From a virus: DNA of 39,275 nucleotides. Both the position numbers and the translations under genes were made by a program. Positions 23,956 through 32,694 of the stretch are shown here, piece by piece. The notes under the pieces were generated by a model. It was not told where the DNA came from. It worked only from the letters and a program-made list of their open reading frames with translations, and searched no databases. The stretch lies in IMG/VR virus record IMGVR_UViG_3300029566_000030; one strand, 5' to 3'. Position 1 is the first letter of the stretch; the number at the start of each line of letters is the position of its first letter.

Positions 23956-24312
23956 ATGCTGTGCATTCCTAATGTCACGGCGGAAGAGACCGCTGTATTT
24001 GCAAGACTGTGTCTGGATAAGGATGAATATGTAGACTTGCCGGCGAGTGACCGCGACCTGTGCCGGTCGGCGCTGTCCGCGGCCATCGGCTTTGTAAAGC
24101 GTTATACGGGCATCAAGCTTGATGAGACCGCGGCGCAGAAGCAGGGCACCGGTTATGAAGTGGCCGCCGAGCTGGGGTATGCCATAAAGACGGTTGCAGC
24201 TGAGATGATCGACAACCGCCAAGTCACGATGCAGTACACCGGCCGCAATCCGACCGTCATGCAGATCCTCGATATGCACAGCGTGAATCTGCTCCCGAGC
24301 GTGGAGGAATAG
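23956..24312 (+). CDS. Head-tail connector (gp6-like)
   Basis: ATG at 23956 follows AAGGAGG. Size and position match gp6-like connectors. Confidence 0.75.
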   Translation: MLCIPNVTAEETAVFARLCLDKDEYVDLPASDRDLCRSALSAAIGFVKRYTGIKLDETAAQKQGTGYEVAAELGYAIKTVAAEMIDNRQVTMQYTGRNPTVMQILDMHSVNLLPSVEE

Positions 24313-24313
24313 A

Positions 24314-24940
24314 ATGCGGTACGGAACGAACACCAATCTCTCGTCGCTCCTCGACCAGAAGGTGGATATTCTCCAGCTTATGCACGATGAGGACAGCGCC
24401 GCCTATGCCTGGACGATCCGCAGGACCTGCCCGGCGTATGTGGAGACAGATATCCACGACAATCTGTTTTCGGCGGCCGGTACGAGAGCGCGCGGTGCAA
24501 AGCTCACCATTCGCACGGACAGCAGGCTCACGCTGCATGAAGCTATGCGCTGGAACGGCAAATTCCTGTTCTTGACGTCGATCGAGCTTTCCGAGCAGCG
24601 TGACCGGCAGGAACTTCAAGCCGCGGTGTGTGAGAGCGTGACACTGACAGCGCGGCCGCAGGACCGGACGGGACGCGACACCTATAATCGTCCGGTCGCC
24701 GTGAGCGTTCCGAGCTTCACATTCCCCGGCATCCTGACGGAGAAATACTTCCGCAATGAAGCGGACGACGTCTACCGCGCGGAGGTGCAGCAGCGCGTGC
24801 TGGTGACTCCGAAGGTCATTGTGCTGCGTGCCGGAGATCTGGTGCAGAAGGGGAACGAAACGCCATACACCGTGCGTCAGGTGCTCGACCTTGACCCATA
24901 CAAGAACGAGTACGTGATCGAGCGCAGCTGGGAGGCATAA
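24314..24940 (+). CDS. Head-closure / head-tail adaptor protein (about twice the usual size)
   Basis: Synteny (XkdH position). 208 aa against the usual ~110 aa. Confidence 0.65.
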   Translation: MRYGTNTNLSSLLDQKVDILQLMHDEDSAAYAWTIRRTCPAYVETDIHDNLFSAAGTRARGAKLTIRTDSRLTLHEAMRWNGKFLFLTSIELSEQRDRQELQAAVCESVTLTARPQDRTGRDTYNRPVAVSVPSFTFPGILTEKYFRNEADDVYRAEVQQRVLVTPKVIVLRAGDLVQKGNETPYTVRQVLDLDPYKNEYVIERSWEA

Positions 24941-25389
24941 TGCAGAGCGTTGAGATCAGCGGGCTGAAAGAGATCCAGAAAAAGCTGGAGGGCTATCCGG
25001 AGGCCATGAAGAAGGCACGCAGCGAGTTCTTCGAGGAGGCCGGACGAGAGATGCTCTCCACGGTGCGCCGCCGCATCGGCGGTCAGGGCTATGTGGCGAA
25101 TGTGCAGGATCGGCACGTCGGTTCCGGCAGAGGCTATGCAGCCGTCCGCGCCAAGGCAAAAACCGAACTAAGAGGTTATGCTGCCGGATATGTAACCAAC
25201 GCACTGGAAGGCGGACACGTGCAAACGCCAGGTCGGTATGTTCCGGCAATGGGCAAGAAACTCAAAGCTAATCGTGTAAAAGGAAAGTATATGTACCGCA
25301 AGACAGCCGCTGAGCTGCCGCAGATCGCCGAAAGAGGCGCGCAAGAAATCGAGAAGAAGGCCATGGCCTACCTGGAGGGGAACGGATGA
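24940..25389 (+). CDS. HK97 gp10-like neck/tail-completion protein
   Basis: MQSVEISGLKEIQKKLEGYPEAMKKA... is a typical gp10-family N-terminus. Synteny. Confidence 0.8.
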   Translation: MQSVEISGLKEIQKKLEGYPEAMKKARSEFFEEAGREMLSTVRRRIGGQGYVANVQDRHVGSGRGYAAVRAKAKTELRGYAAGYVTNALEGGHVQTPGRYVPAMGKKLKANRVKGKYMYRKTAAELPQIAERGAQEIEKKAMAYLEGNG

Positions 25390-25856
25390 ACAGCACGGAG
25401 ATTCTGGACGCCGTCAACGCGCGTCTGCTGGAAAAGTGGCCTGAGCGCACCGTCTACATCAACGTCTGCCCGGAGGACTATGATCGCCCTTCCTTCTGGC
25501 TCGAGGTCACGCGCGACGACCGCACGCCGGTCACGCGGCGCATGACGAAGCGGAATGTACAGATCCGGCTTACACTGCACGATGAGGCCGACGAGCACTA
25601 TGACATCAGCTGGGCAAGGCTCAACAACGATGTATCGGCGTGCCTGAAGCTTATGATGCAGGTCCTGCGTGTGGGAACGCGCAGGCTGCTGCCGCAGCTG
25701 CAGAGCATGCCGCGGGACGTTGACAGAGCCGCTATTCTGCTGAATTTTGAATTTATGGAAAGCAATGAAGAGGCCGCACCGGAGATCCCGGCGGCGGACT
25801 CTTACCAGATCTCCGTGCAGGTAAACGGCGGAGAAATTTATCAAAGGAGCGAATGA
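25386..25856 (+). CDS. Tail-completion/terminator-position protein (XkdJ position)
   Basis: Synteny only. Confidence 0.65.
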   Translation: MNSTEILDAVNARLLEKWPERTVYINVCPEDYDRPSFWLEVTRDDRTPVTRRMTKRNVQIRLTLHDEADEHYDISWARLNNDVSACLKLMMQVLRVGTRRLLPQLQSMPRDVDRAAILLNFEFMESNEEAAPEIPAADSYQISVQVNGGEIYQRSE

Positions 25857-26959
25857 GTATGGGACTGCCTGAACTCACTTTTACCCTGAAAAAAGCCGCG
25901 GAGACGGTATCCACCCGCATTTCCCGCGGCGCAGTCGCGCTGATCCTGCGCGATGCCAAAGCGAACGGCGTACACGTCGTTTGCCAGGAGAGCGATATCC
26001 CGACGACGCTCGGCGCGGACAATATCGCATACATCAAGCGTACACTGATGGGCTACATCAACCGCCCGAGCGCTGTGTACGTCTCCGTTGTGCCGGCGGC
26101 CGGAACGATTGCGGCAGGCTTCGGTGCACTGGCGGCCTACACCTATGACTACATCGCGGGCCCGCCCGACATCTCTGCTGAAGACGCCACGGCGCTTGCC
26201 GCGCTCGTCAAGGAGCGCCGCAAGCTGCGCTATATCGGCAAGGCGGTACTGCCCAACACTGCGGCGGATTATGAGGGCGTCATCAACTTTGTGTCTGCCG
26301 GTATCGCCGCCGGCGGCAAGACGGCTTTCTCTGCCGCGGCTTACTGCTCGCGCATTGCGGGTATGCTGGCCGGTACCCCCGCGCAGTGCAGCGCGACCTA
26401 TGCGCAGCTGAGCGAGGTGACCGGCGTGACGGCGACCGAGAACCCCGACGCAGCGGTCGACGCCGGCAAGCTCTTCATCATCGACGACGGCCGCGTGCGC
26501 AAGCTGAGCCGCGCCGTGACCAGCAAGGTCACGATCGGCGACACGGAACCCGAGGCGCTCAAGAAGATCAAGATGACCGCGGCCATCGACCTGATCCGCT
26601 ACTATGCCGTCTCGAGCGTCGAGGACGACTATTTCGGCAAGTGCGCCAACACCTACGATGACAAATGTGTCCTGCTGCTGGCGATGCAGGACTACCTCAA
26701 GAGTCTGGAGGACTCCAAGGTGCTGGAGAGCGGCTCGTCCGGCGCGGTGCTCGACGCCGACGCGACGCGCAAGTATCTCATCACCGCCGCCGGCGACGAT
26801 GCCACCGAGGCGGAGCGCATCAAGAAGCTCAGCGACAATGAGGTCATCAAGGAGAACACCGGCAGCAAGGTGTTTTTGAAGCTCTACGGTAACATCATGG
26901 ACGCCATGGAAGACTTCGCCATTGTTTTCGAGGTCTCCCCAAGCGTCATTGCAGCCTGA
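25853..26959 (+). CDS. Contractile tail sheath protein (XkdK-like)
   Basis: GLPELTFTLKKAAETVSTRISRGAVALILRD N-terminus. 368 aa, followed by tube and chaperone genes. Confidence 0.85.
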   Translation: MSMGLPELTFTLKKAAETVSTRISRGAVALILRDAKANGVHVVCQESDIPTTLGADNIAYIKRTLMGYINRPSAVYVSVVPAAGTIAAGFGALAAYTYDYIAGPPDISAEDATALAALVKERRKLRYIGKAVLPNTAADYEGVINFVSAGIAAGGKTAFSAAAYCSRIAGMLAGTPAQCSATYAQLSEVTGVTATENPDAAVDAGKLFIIDDGRVRKLSRAVTSKVTIGDTEPEALKKIKMTAAIDLIRYYAVSSVEDDYFGKCANTYDDKCVLLLAMQDYLKSLEDSKVLESGSSGAVLDADATRKYLITAAGDDATEAERIKKLSDNEVIKENTGSKVFLKLYGNIMDAMEDFAIVFEVSPSVIAA

Positions 26960-26974
26960 TAGGAGGAAACACAC

Positions 26975-27403
26975 ATGAGTGAAGCTATTGACGCCGCGCT
27001 GGTACGCAGCGGCACATGGGGCAGCCTGTGGATCGACGGCGAACAGGTCGCCGAGTGCTACGGCTGCCAGGCTAAGATCAGCAAGACCAAGGAGAGCGTT
27101 CCTCGCTGCCGCGCCATGATGGAGGACAGCAAGCTCGTATCCACCAAGGGTACCGGCTCCATCCGCATCTACAACGTGACTTCCCGCCTCATTGAGCTGG
27201 AGGGCGAGGCGCTCAAGACCGGCAAGGACCTGCGCCACACGATCATCAGCAATCTGGACGACCCCGATAACCCGAACAACCAGCGCATCGCGCTCATGGG
27301 CGTCAGCTTTGACGACCTGACGCTCGCGGACTGGGAGGCCGCCAAGCTCGGGCAGATCGAGTCCCCGTTCACGTTCAACGACTATCAGATGCTGGACACC
27401 TAA
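26975..27403 (+). CDS. Tail tube protein (XkdM-like)
   Basis: 142 aa. GTWGSLWIDGEQVAECYGCQAKISKTKE...GTGSIRIY pattern. Synteny. Confidence 0.85.
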   Translation: MSEAIDAALVRSGTWGSLWIDGEQVAECYGCQAKISKTKESVPRCRAMMEDSKLVSTKGTGSIRIYNVTSRLIELEGEALKTGKDLRHTIISNLDDPDNPNNQRIALMGVSFDDLTLADWEAAKLGQIESPFTFNDYQMLDT

Positions 27404-27409
27404 AAATAT

Positions 27410-27445
27410 TGCGCAGCACCGTCGGGAGACCGGCGGCGCTGCGCA
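27410..27445 (+). other. Very stable hairpin with GAGA tetraloop after the tube gene, without a U tract
   Basis: TGCGCAGC/GCTGCGCA (8 bp) plus a 7-bp inner stem and GAGA loop. Confidence 0.6.
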
Positions 27446-27466
27446 TAGTCAAATTCGGAGGGAATT

Positions 27467-27880
27467 ATGGAAAATACCATTGTTAATCAGAACGTCGCAG
27501 AGCAGCCGTCTGTGCTGGATCTGTTGCTGGGCGAAAAGGTCATCAATGTGGCGAAGAACCTGCCGACGGCCAAGTTTGAGGTCCCGCGCCTGAGCGAGGC
27601 AGCCGGCGCGCCGGTCATCTTCACGCTCCAGGCTCTGCCCTACGGGCGTGTGCAGGACATAAGCCGTCTCGATCAGGACGCCGAGCTTCAGATCCTGCTG
27701 GCAGGCTGCATCGACCCCGACCTGAAGAGCACGCCGCTGCAGCACAAATTTGGCGGGATCACGCCGGCGGAGACGCTCAAGGCGATGCTGCTGCCCGGCG
27801 AAATCGCCGATCTGAGCCGCGAGGTTGAACGTCTGAGCGGCTATCGCCGCGCGACCATCGAAAAGGTAAAAAACGCCTGA
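27467..27880 (+). CDS. Tail assembly chaperone (XkdN-like), zero-frame product
   Basis: 137 aa between the tube and tape-measure genes. It ends just after the slippery heptamer. Confidence 0.8.
   Translation: MENTIVNQNVAEQPSVLDLLLGEKVINVAKNLPTAKFEVPRLSEAAGAPVIFTLQALPYGRVQDISRLDQDAELQILLAGCIDPDLKSTPLQHKFGGITPAETLKAMLLPGEIADLSREVERLSGYRRATIEKVKNA
27868..27874 (+). promoter_or_regulatory. -1 programmed frameshift slippery heptamer A_AAA_AAC
   Basis: The zero frame reads gtA AAA AAC gcc tga. The -1 frame stays open for 66 more codons. Confidence 0.7.
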
Positions 27881-28074
27881 CGGAGGGCAGCGATCCGGAG
27901 CTGGGGCTTGCCTACTACCTTTTTCACGTGCACGGCATCCTGCCGGGCGACTACTACAACCGCCCGCAGGGAGAAAAGGACCTCATCTGGGCGCTGTCCT
28001 CCTATGAGGCTGCTGCACGCAGCCGCCCCACGCCGCGCGGCAAAGCCATCAAGGTCACGCGGGGTAAAAAATAA
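27874..28074 (+). CDS. -1 frame extension of the tail assembly chaperone (G/GT-like fusion)
   Basis: The -1 frame has no start codon. It translates to RLTEGSDPELGLAYYLFHVHGILPGDYYNRPQGEKDLIWALSSYEAAARSRPTPRGKAIKVTRGKK*. Confidence 0.7.
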   Translation, partial: RLTEGSDPELGLAYYLFHVHGILPGDYYNRPQGEKDLIWALSSYEAAARSRPTPRGKAIKVTRGKK

Positions 28075-28094
28075 AGCCGCCCATTCGGGCGGCT
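28065..28094 (-). terminator. Minus-strand intrinsic terminator of the antisense micro-ORF cassette
   Basis: Minus strand: AGCCGCCC-gaat-GGGCGGCT followed by TTATTTTTTA. On the plus strand no U tract follows. Confidence 0.8.
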
Positions 28095-28100
28095 GAAACT

Positions 28101-28172
28101 CTAAATGAAAAATGGAAGCAATACCGCAATCAGAAGTGAGACTGCTATTGTGATGATAGATGTCTTCGTCAT
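28101..28172 (-). CDS. 23-aa hydrophobic micro-protein MTKTSIITIAVSLLIAVLLPFFI
   Basis: Minus-strand ATG at 28172 follows AAGGAG at 10 nt. TAG stop at 28103..28101. Single predicted TM helix. Flanked by its own promoter and terminator. Confidence 0.55.
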   Translation of the reverse strand: MTKTSIITIAVSLLIAVLLPFFI

Positions 28173-28194
28173 AGGTATCACGCTCCTTGCTTTC

Positions 28195-28222
28195 ATTATA
28201 TGCATTTTCGCGACAAAGTCAA
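28195..28222 (-). promoter_or_regulatory. Near-consensus minus-strand promoter TTGACT-16-TATAAT
   Basis: Reverse complement reads caTTGACTttgtcgcgaaaatgcaTATAATgaaagcAAGGAG. Confidence 0.7.
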
Positions 28223-28241
28223 TGATAAGGCGGTGAAAGAA

Positions 28242-30215
28242 TTGCCAGAAACCTCAATCGTAATCAAGACGCAAGACAAGTCTTCTGAGGGGATGAAGAC
28301 GATTGCGAAGAACGCCGCCGATCTCGGCAGTAAGCTCCGTGAACTTCAGGACAAAGCGCATTCTCTCAGTAAAGAGAAAGCTACGCTCAATGCGAACTTC
28401 GATAAAGCAAAAAAAGAGCTGACCGAAGCAAAGAAAAAATTCAATGAGACGCAGGATGCCATGGATGGCCTCAAGATGGAGGCCGCACAGGCGAACTTCG
28501 ATAATTTATCCTATCAGTTCCGTTCCGTCAGCAAAGAAGCCGAAAAGGCCCGCAAGGAGATCGAAAACCTTGACACGAAGGCCAACAAGTCGATGAACAG
28601 CTCGGGCGGCATAGGCGGCGGCTTCAAGTCAATCACAAACGCACTCGTCACTATGCAGGCAGCGCAGATGATTGGCGGCGCAGTACAAGGATCTCTAAAC
28701 ACAAAAATCGGCAGTGCTTTGGGAAGCGATTCCGGTACCCTTGCATCCAGCATGATCTCCTCTGTGCTCTCCGGCGCAATAACCGGGTCAGCATTTGGGC
28801 CGCTCGGCGTGCTGGCAGGTGCCACAGTAGGCGGCATTACCGGAGCAATATCGGGAAGTGCACAACGATATGAATCGCAGGATTCCTCCTTCAAGTCTTA
28901 CGTGCAGGACGCTGTGCAGGAGCAGCTGGACGCGCAGAGCGAGTCGCTGACGAGCGGCAGCTCGATCGCCGCGGGGCGCGAGACCGACAAAATTTCCTTC
29001 GCGACGCTGTTCGGCAGCAAAGAGACCGCGGACAGCTATCTATCCAACCTTGTCGGCATGGCCAACTCGACGCCGTTTCTCTATGACGACCTGACGAGCA
29101 TGAGCAAGACGCTCGCGACCTACGGCTACGATGCGGACAGCATCCTGCCGGTGTTGCAGACCATCGGCGACGCCGGCGCGGCGCTCGGCCAGTCTACGAG
29201 TGATATGACTGCCGTGGCTACCGCCATCGGCCGCATGAAGAGCAGCAACAAGACGACACTCGAATACCTCAACATCCTCAATGACCGCGGTATCGGCGCG
29301 GTCGGGATGCTCTCTGACGCCTACGGCGTGGATCAGGGCACGATGTACAGCATGATCTCCAAGGGTGAAGTTGCCGGACAGGACGCTGCCAGGATCATTC
29401 TGGACGCACTCTCGGACAGCTTTGCCGGGGCGATGGAAGCGCAGTCCAAGACCTTCAGCGGCATCACATCTACCATCGAGGGATTGCAGCAGGAGCTCGA
29501 TAACGCCATGGGCGAGGGCTACAACCAGACGCGCATGCAGGGGCTTGAAGCGCAGAAGGAGTGGCTCGACGGCGACAGCGGTCAGGAAATGCAGGAGGCC
29601 TACACCGCGATCGGCGCCTGGAAGGCCTCGCTGGAAAATGCCAAAGAACAGTACATTCGCGATGCCATGAACGACGCCATGGGCAGCGAAGAGTACAAAA
29701 CCGCCGAAGCCGAAGGCGATGCCGCCGAGATGGGCCGAATCCTGATGAAGGCGAAAATCGACGGTATGAACGAGTATAACGCCAACGAAGGCAAGGACGA
29801 AGAGCTCGCGCAGGAGCTGAGCCTCATTGAATCCGTGCGCAACGATACGGCGCTCAACAATTCTTATTGGGATGCCGGTTATACGCTCGGGCAGGAGTTT
29901 TCCAAGGGCCGCGCCGCGGCGACAACGGATTCTGCCTGGGCGGATGCGGTGAACAATTTCAACTCCGGTTATACGAAACACCGTTCCGGCCACCAGCGCG
30001 CCATGGGCATCGACTACGTCCCTTATGATAACTTTCCTGCCCTGCTGCATGAGGGCGAAAAGGTTCTGACAGCCGGCGAAGCCAGGCAGGAGAAAAACGG
30101 CGTCAGCGGCATCCAAATCGTCATGAACGGCACTGTCATCCGCGAGGAGGCAGACGTTCAGCGCATAGCGCAAGAAATGCTCAACAAGCTGGAAGAAGCC
30201 AACATGAGGGGGTAA
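28242..30215 (+). CDS. Tail tape measure protein (start TTG 28242 preferred; in-frame ATG 28200 is the alternative)
   Basis: About 660 aa, coiled-coil N-terminus, Gly/Ser/Ala-rich TM-like segment. TTG 28242 follows AAGGCGGTGA. ATG 28200 has no SD and sits on the antisense -10 box. Confidence 0.9.
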   Translation: MPETSIVIKTQDKSSEGMKTIAKNAADLGSKLRELQDKAHSLSKEKATLNANFDKAKKELTEAKKKFNETQDAMDGLKMEAAQANFDNLSYQFRSVSKEAEKARKEIENLDTKANKSMNSSGGIGGGFKSITNALVTMQAAQMIGGAVQGSLNTKIGSALGSDSGTLASSMISSVLSGAITGSAFGPLGVLAGATVGGITGAISGSAQRYESQDSSFKSYVQDAVQEQLDAQSESLTSGSSIAAGRETDKISFATLFGSKETADSYLSNLVGMANSTPFLYDDLTSMSKTLATYGYDADSILPVLQTIGDAGAALGQSTSDMTAVATAIGRMKSSNKTTLEYLNILNDRGIGAVGMLSDAYGVDQGTMYSMISKGEVAGQDAARIILDALSDSFAGAMEAQSKTFSGITSTIEGLQQELDNAMGEGYNQTRMQGLEAQKEWLDGDSGQEMQEAYTAIGAWKASLENAKEQYIRDAMNDAMGSEEYKTAEAEGDAAEMGRILMKAKIDGMNEYNANEGKDEELAQELSLIESVRNDTALNNSYWDAGYTLGQEFSKGRAAATTDSAWADAVNNFNSGYTKHRSGHQRAMGIDYVPYDNFPALLHEGEKVLTAGEARQEKNGVSGIQIVMNGTVIREEADVQRIAQEMLNKLEEANMRG

Positions 30216-30219
30216 AGCC

Positions 30220-30876
30220 ATGCAATTCTGTTTTATTGCGAACGGCGACGTGCTGACGCTGCCGATCACGCCCGCCTCTTACGAGTGGACGACGGGAAAG
30301 AACATGGAGACCATCAATATTTCCGAGTTGGGTGATGTTTATCTCCCGGGTGGTCGCAGCCGGCACAGCGGTTCGATTGATTGCCTGCTCCCCTTTCGGG
30401 ATTACCCTTTTATCATTGCAGGGGCAATCCTCGACCCCGGTTATTATCTGGAGCCGCTGCGCTACTGGGCGGCTGAAAAGATCCCCGTGCGATACATTGT
30501 GACAGAAAGCGATATCAATGCGCTTGTGTATATCGAGAGCGTGACGGCAAAGGAGCAGGACGGCACGGGTGATGTTTATTGTACGATCTCTCTGCGCGAG
30601 TATGTAGATCTGGAGGCACAGGAGGTCGCAACGCTCAACACGACGCGCTATACCGGCAACAGCGGCCGCAAGAGCGACGCCGCGAAGGACATCGCCTATC
30701 ACCGCGTCGTCTCCGGAGACACGCTCAGCATGCTCTGCCGGCGCACCTACGGCGACGGCACGGCGAGCTACTACAACGCCCTTGCCAAATATAACGGCAT
30801 CAGCAATCCGCACCTGATCTACGTCGGGCAGACAATCAAGCTGCCGCCGAAGGATATTCTTCTGGGAGGCGGCTGA
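30220..30876 (+). CDS. LysM-domain tail protein (XkdP-like)
   Basis: C-terminal YHRVVSGDTLSMLCRRTYGDG...YNGISNPHLIYVGQTIKLP is a LysM motif. Confidence 0.85.
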   Translation: MQFCFIANGDVLTLPITPASYEWTTGKNMETINISELGDVYLPGGRSRHSGSIDCLLPFRDYPFIIAGAILDPGYYLEPLRYWAAEKIPVRYIVTESDINALVYIESVTAKEQDGTGDVYCTISLREYVDLEAQEVATLNTTRYTGNSGRKSDAAKDIAYHRVVSGDTLSMLCRRTYGDGTASYYNALAKYNGISNPHLIYVGQTIKLPPKDILLGGG

Positions 30877-31856
30877 TGGAGATATATTTGACACATGACC
30901 AGTCGACCCGCCGCATCACGGATATCCTGCTCAACTGGTCCTGGAGCGGCGATAAGTCGACGCTGGTGCGCCAGCTCGTCGCCGAGATCGTTTTTGATGA
31001 GTCGACCGGCCTGCCCGTCCCTCAGATGGGCGACGCCGTGATGATGACGGACGACTCCGGCAATCCGATTTTTGACGGAGTCGTGCTTCGCAGAAGCGTC
31101 GGCAGCGAAGAGACGAGCATGAGCTTCACGTGCTTCGACCGCGGAATCTACTGCCGGCGCAACGACGGCACCTACAAATTCCGCGACGCGACGCCGGAAA
31201 GTATCACCCGCCAGGTCTGCGCCGACTATGAGATCCCCATTGTGTCGCTGCCGTCGACCGGCGTGAAGATCAGCCGCAAATTTGCGGGCGTCGCACTGGA
31301 TAAGATTTTTGAAACGGTCTGGACGTTGGCCACACAGCAGACTGAGAGGAAATATGCCATCACCTACACGCCGAAAGGCCTTCTGGTGGCCGTCCGAGAC
31401 GTCAGCGAGCGCAGTATCGTACTCAAAGCCGAGTCCAACCTGATGGACGCCAGGACGGTGGAAGACGCGACAAACATGGTCAACAGCGTGGCCATCTACG
31501 ACGCCGACGGCAGCTTCCAGCGCCGCGTGGGTACCGATGACGCGCAGAAGCTCTTTGGCATGATGGAGCGCCATTTGACCGAGAACGCCTCCTCTGACGT
31601 CGACATCGACAAAGAGGCGAAAAAGCTCCTGGACGACGGCGTCATGACGCAGACGGTCACCGTCGATGTCCTTGGGGATCTCTCGCTGATTACCGGCCAG
31701 ACGGTCATTGTGCGGGAGAACAAGACAGGCCTTCAGGGGGTCTTCTGGATCGACGCCGATGTTCATACCTGGAAGCGCGGCAATTACTACTGCAAGCTGA
31801 CACTCAACTGCCGGAACGTCGTTTCCGGCGCCATTGCCGGAGGTGATTTGACATGA
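30876..31856 (+). CDS. Baseplate hub / late-control-D-like protein (XkdQ position)
   Basis: 326 aa. Synteny after the LysM protein. Confidence 0.75.
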   Translation: MEIYLTHDQSTRRITDILLNWSWSGDKSTLVRQLVAEIVFDESTGLPVPQMGDAVMMTDDSGNPIFDGVVLRRSVGSEETSMSFTCFDRGIYCRRNDGTYKFRDATPESITRQVCADYEIPIVSLPSTGVKISRKFAGVALDKIFETVWTLATQQTERKYAITYTPKGLLVAVRDVSERSIVLKAESNLMDARTVEDATNMVNSVAIYDADGSFQRRVGTDDAQKLFGMMERHLTENASSDVDIDKEAKKLLDDGVMTQTVTVDVLGDLSLITGQTVIVRENKTGLQGVFWIDADVHTWKRGNYYCKLTLNCRNVVSGAIAGGDLT

Positions 31857-32266
31857 GCCAAGAAAGTGCCCGCGACCCCTACGTTGGAATCAACCAACAT
31901 ATTTCACGGCGCGCCAGCAATGAGCAGCACCCGACCTACACGATCGGCAGGATATTATCGCTCGACCCGATCAAGATCCGCGCGGACGGCATCGACCTTG
32001 AAAAAGAAGATCTGCGCGTGGCAGAGTCCATGCATCCCAATTTTGTTGCCAATCCCGACGAGCGCACGGAGATGGGAATCAAAACGCGGCTGCCCGAAAC
32101 AATTGTGCAGGTGCTACAAAGCGCCATCGGGCCGTTTACATTCGTCCGGCCGGAAGAATTTGTGTTTGGGTGGGTCACGCTGGATTTGGATGACGAGGTG
32201 CTGCTGATGCGGTCAAACGACGGACAGACCTATTATCTCATAGACAGGATGGTGACACTGGAATGA
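31853..32266 (+). CDS. Baseplate spike/plug-position protein (XkdR-like)
   Basis: Synteny and size (137 aa). Confidence 0.7.
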   Translation: MSQESARDPYVGINQHISRRASNEQHPTYTIGRILSLDPIKIRADGIDLEKEDLRVAESMHPNFVANPDERTEMGIKTRLPETIVQVLQSAIGPFTFVRPEEFVFGWVTLDLDDEVLLMRSNDGQTYYLIDRMVTLE

Positions 32267-32694
32267 ACATTTTTCCTCTGATCAGCTCGCCGGTGTCCGA
32301 TTTGGGTACCGAGCTTCCGCTGGCGCGAGAGGTGCGCTGGGATTTTACTAAGGACGAGCCCGTCTGGCACGGCGGGAACCCCGCGAAGGTGACCGGCGCG
32401 GAGGCTGTGCTGGTGTGGGCCTGGAACACGATCAATACGTCGCGCTATCTGCATGACGTGTTTACCCATAATTACGGACAGGATCTGCAATCCCTGATCG
32501 GCGAGGCCTATGGCGATGACATCAGGCAGTCAGAGGCTATCCGCTGTATCCGAGAAGCGCTGGAGATCAGCCCTTATATCAAAACTGTCCATCAGATCAG
32601 CGTGCAGTTCGAGGGTTCGGTGCTGCACCTGTCTTTCAAGGCAAAAACCATTTACGGGGAGGTAACGCTCAATGACGGAAAAATCGCCCTTTGA
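32263..32694 (+). CDS. Baseplate wedge gp25/W-like protein (XkdS position)
   Basis: Synteny and size (143 aa). Confidence 0.7.
   Translation: MNIFPLISSPVSDLGTELPLAREVRWDFTKDEPVWHGGNPAKVTGAEAVLVWAWNTINTSRYLHDVFTHNYGQDLQSLIGEAYGDDIRQSEAIRCIREALEISPYIKTVHQISVQFEGSVLHLSFKAKTIYGEVTLNDGKIAL

Noticed and set aside
27908-28096. Track ORF MPTTFFTCTASCRATTTTARREKR... after the chaperone
   Set aside because: It is in the wrong frame and low-complexity. The protein-like reading is the start-less -1 frame extension (27874..28074) reached by frameshifting.
28200-28241. ATG 28200 as the tape-measure start
   Set aside because: There is no SD upstream and the codon sits on the antisense -10 box. In-frame TTG 28242 follows AAGGCGGTGA. 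It is kept only as an alternative because the choice cannot be proven from sequence.
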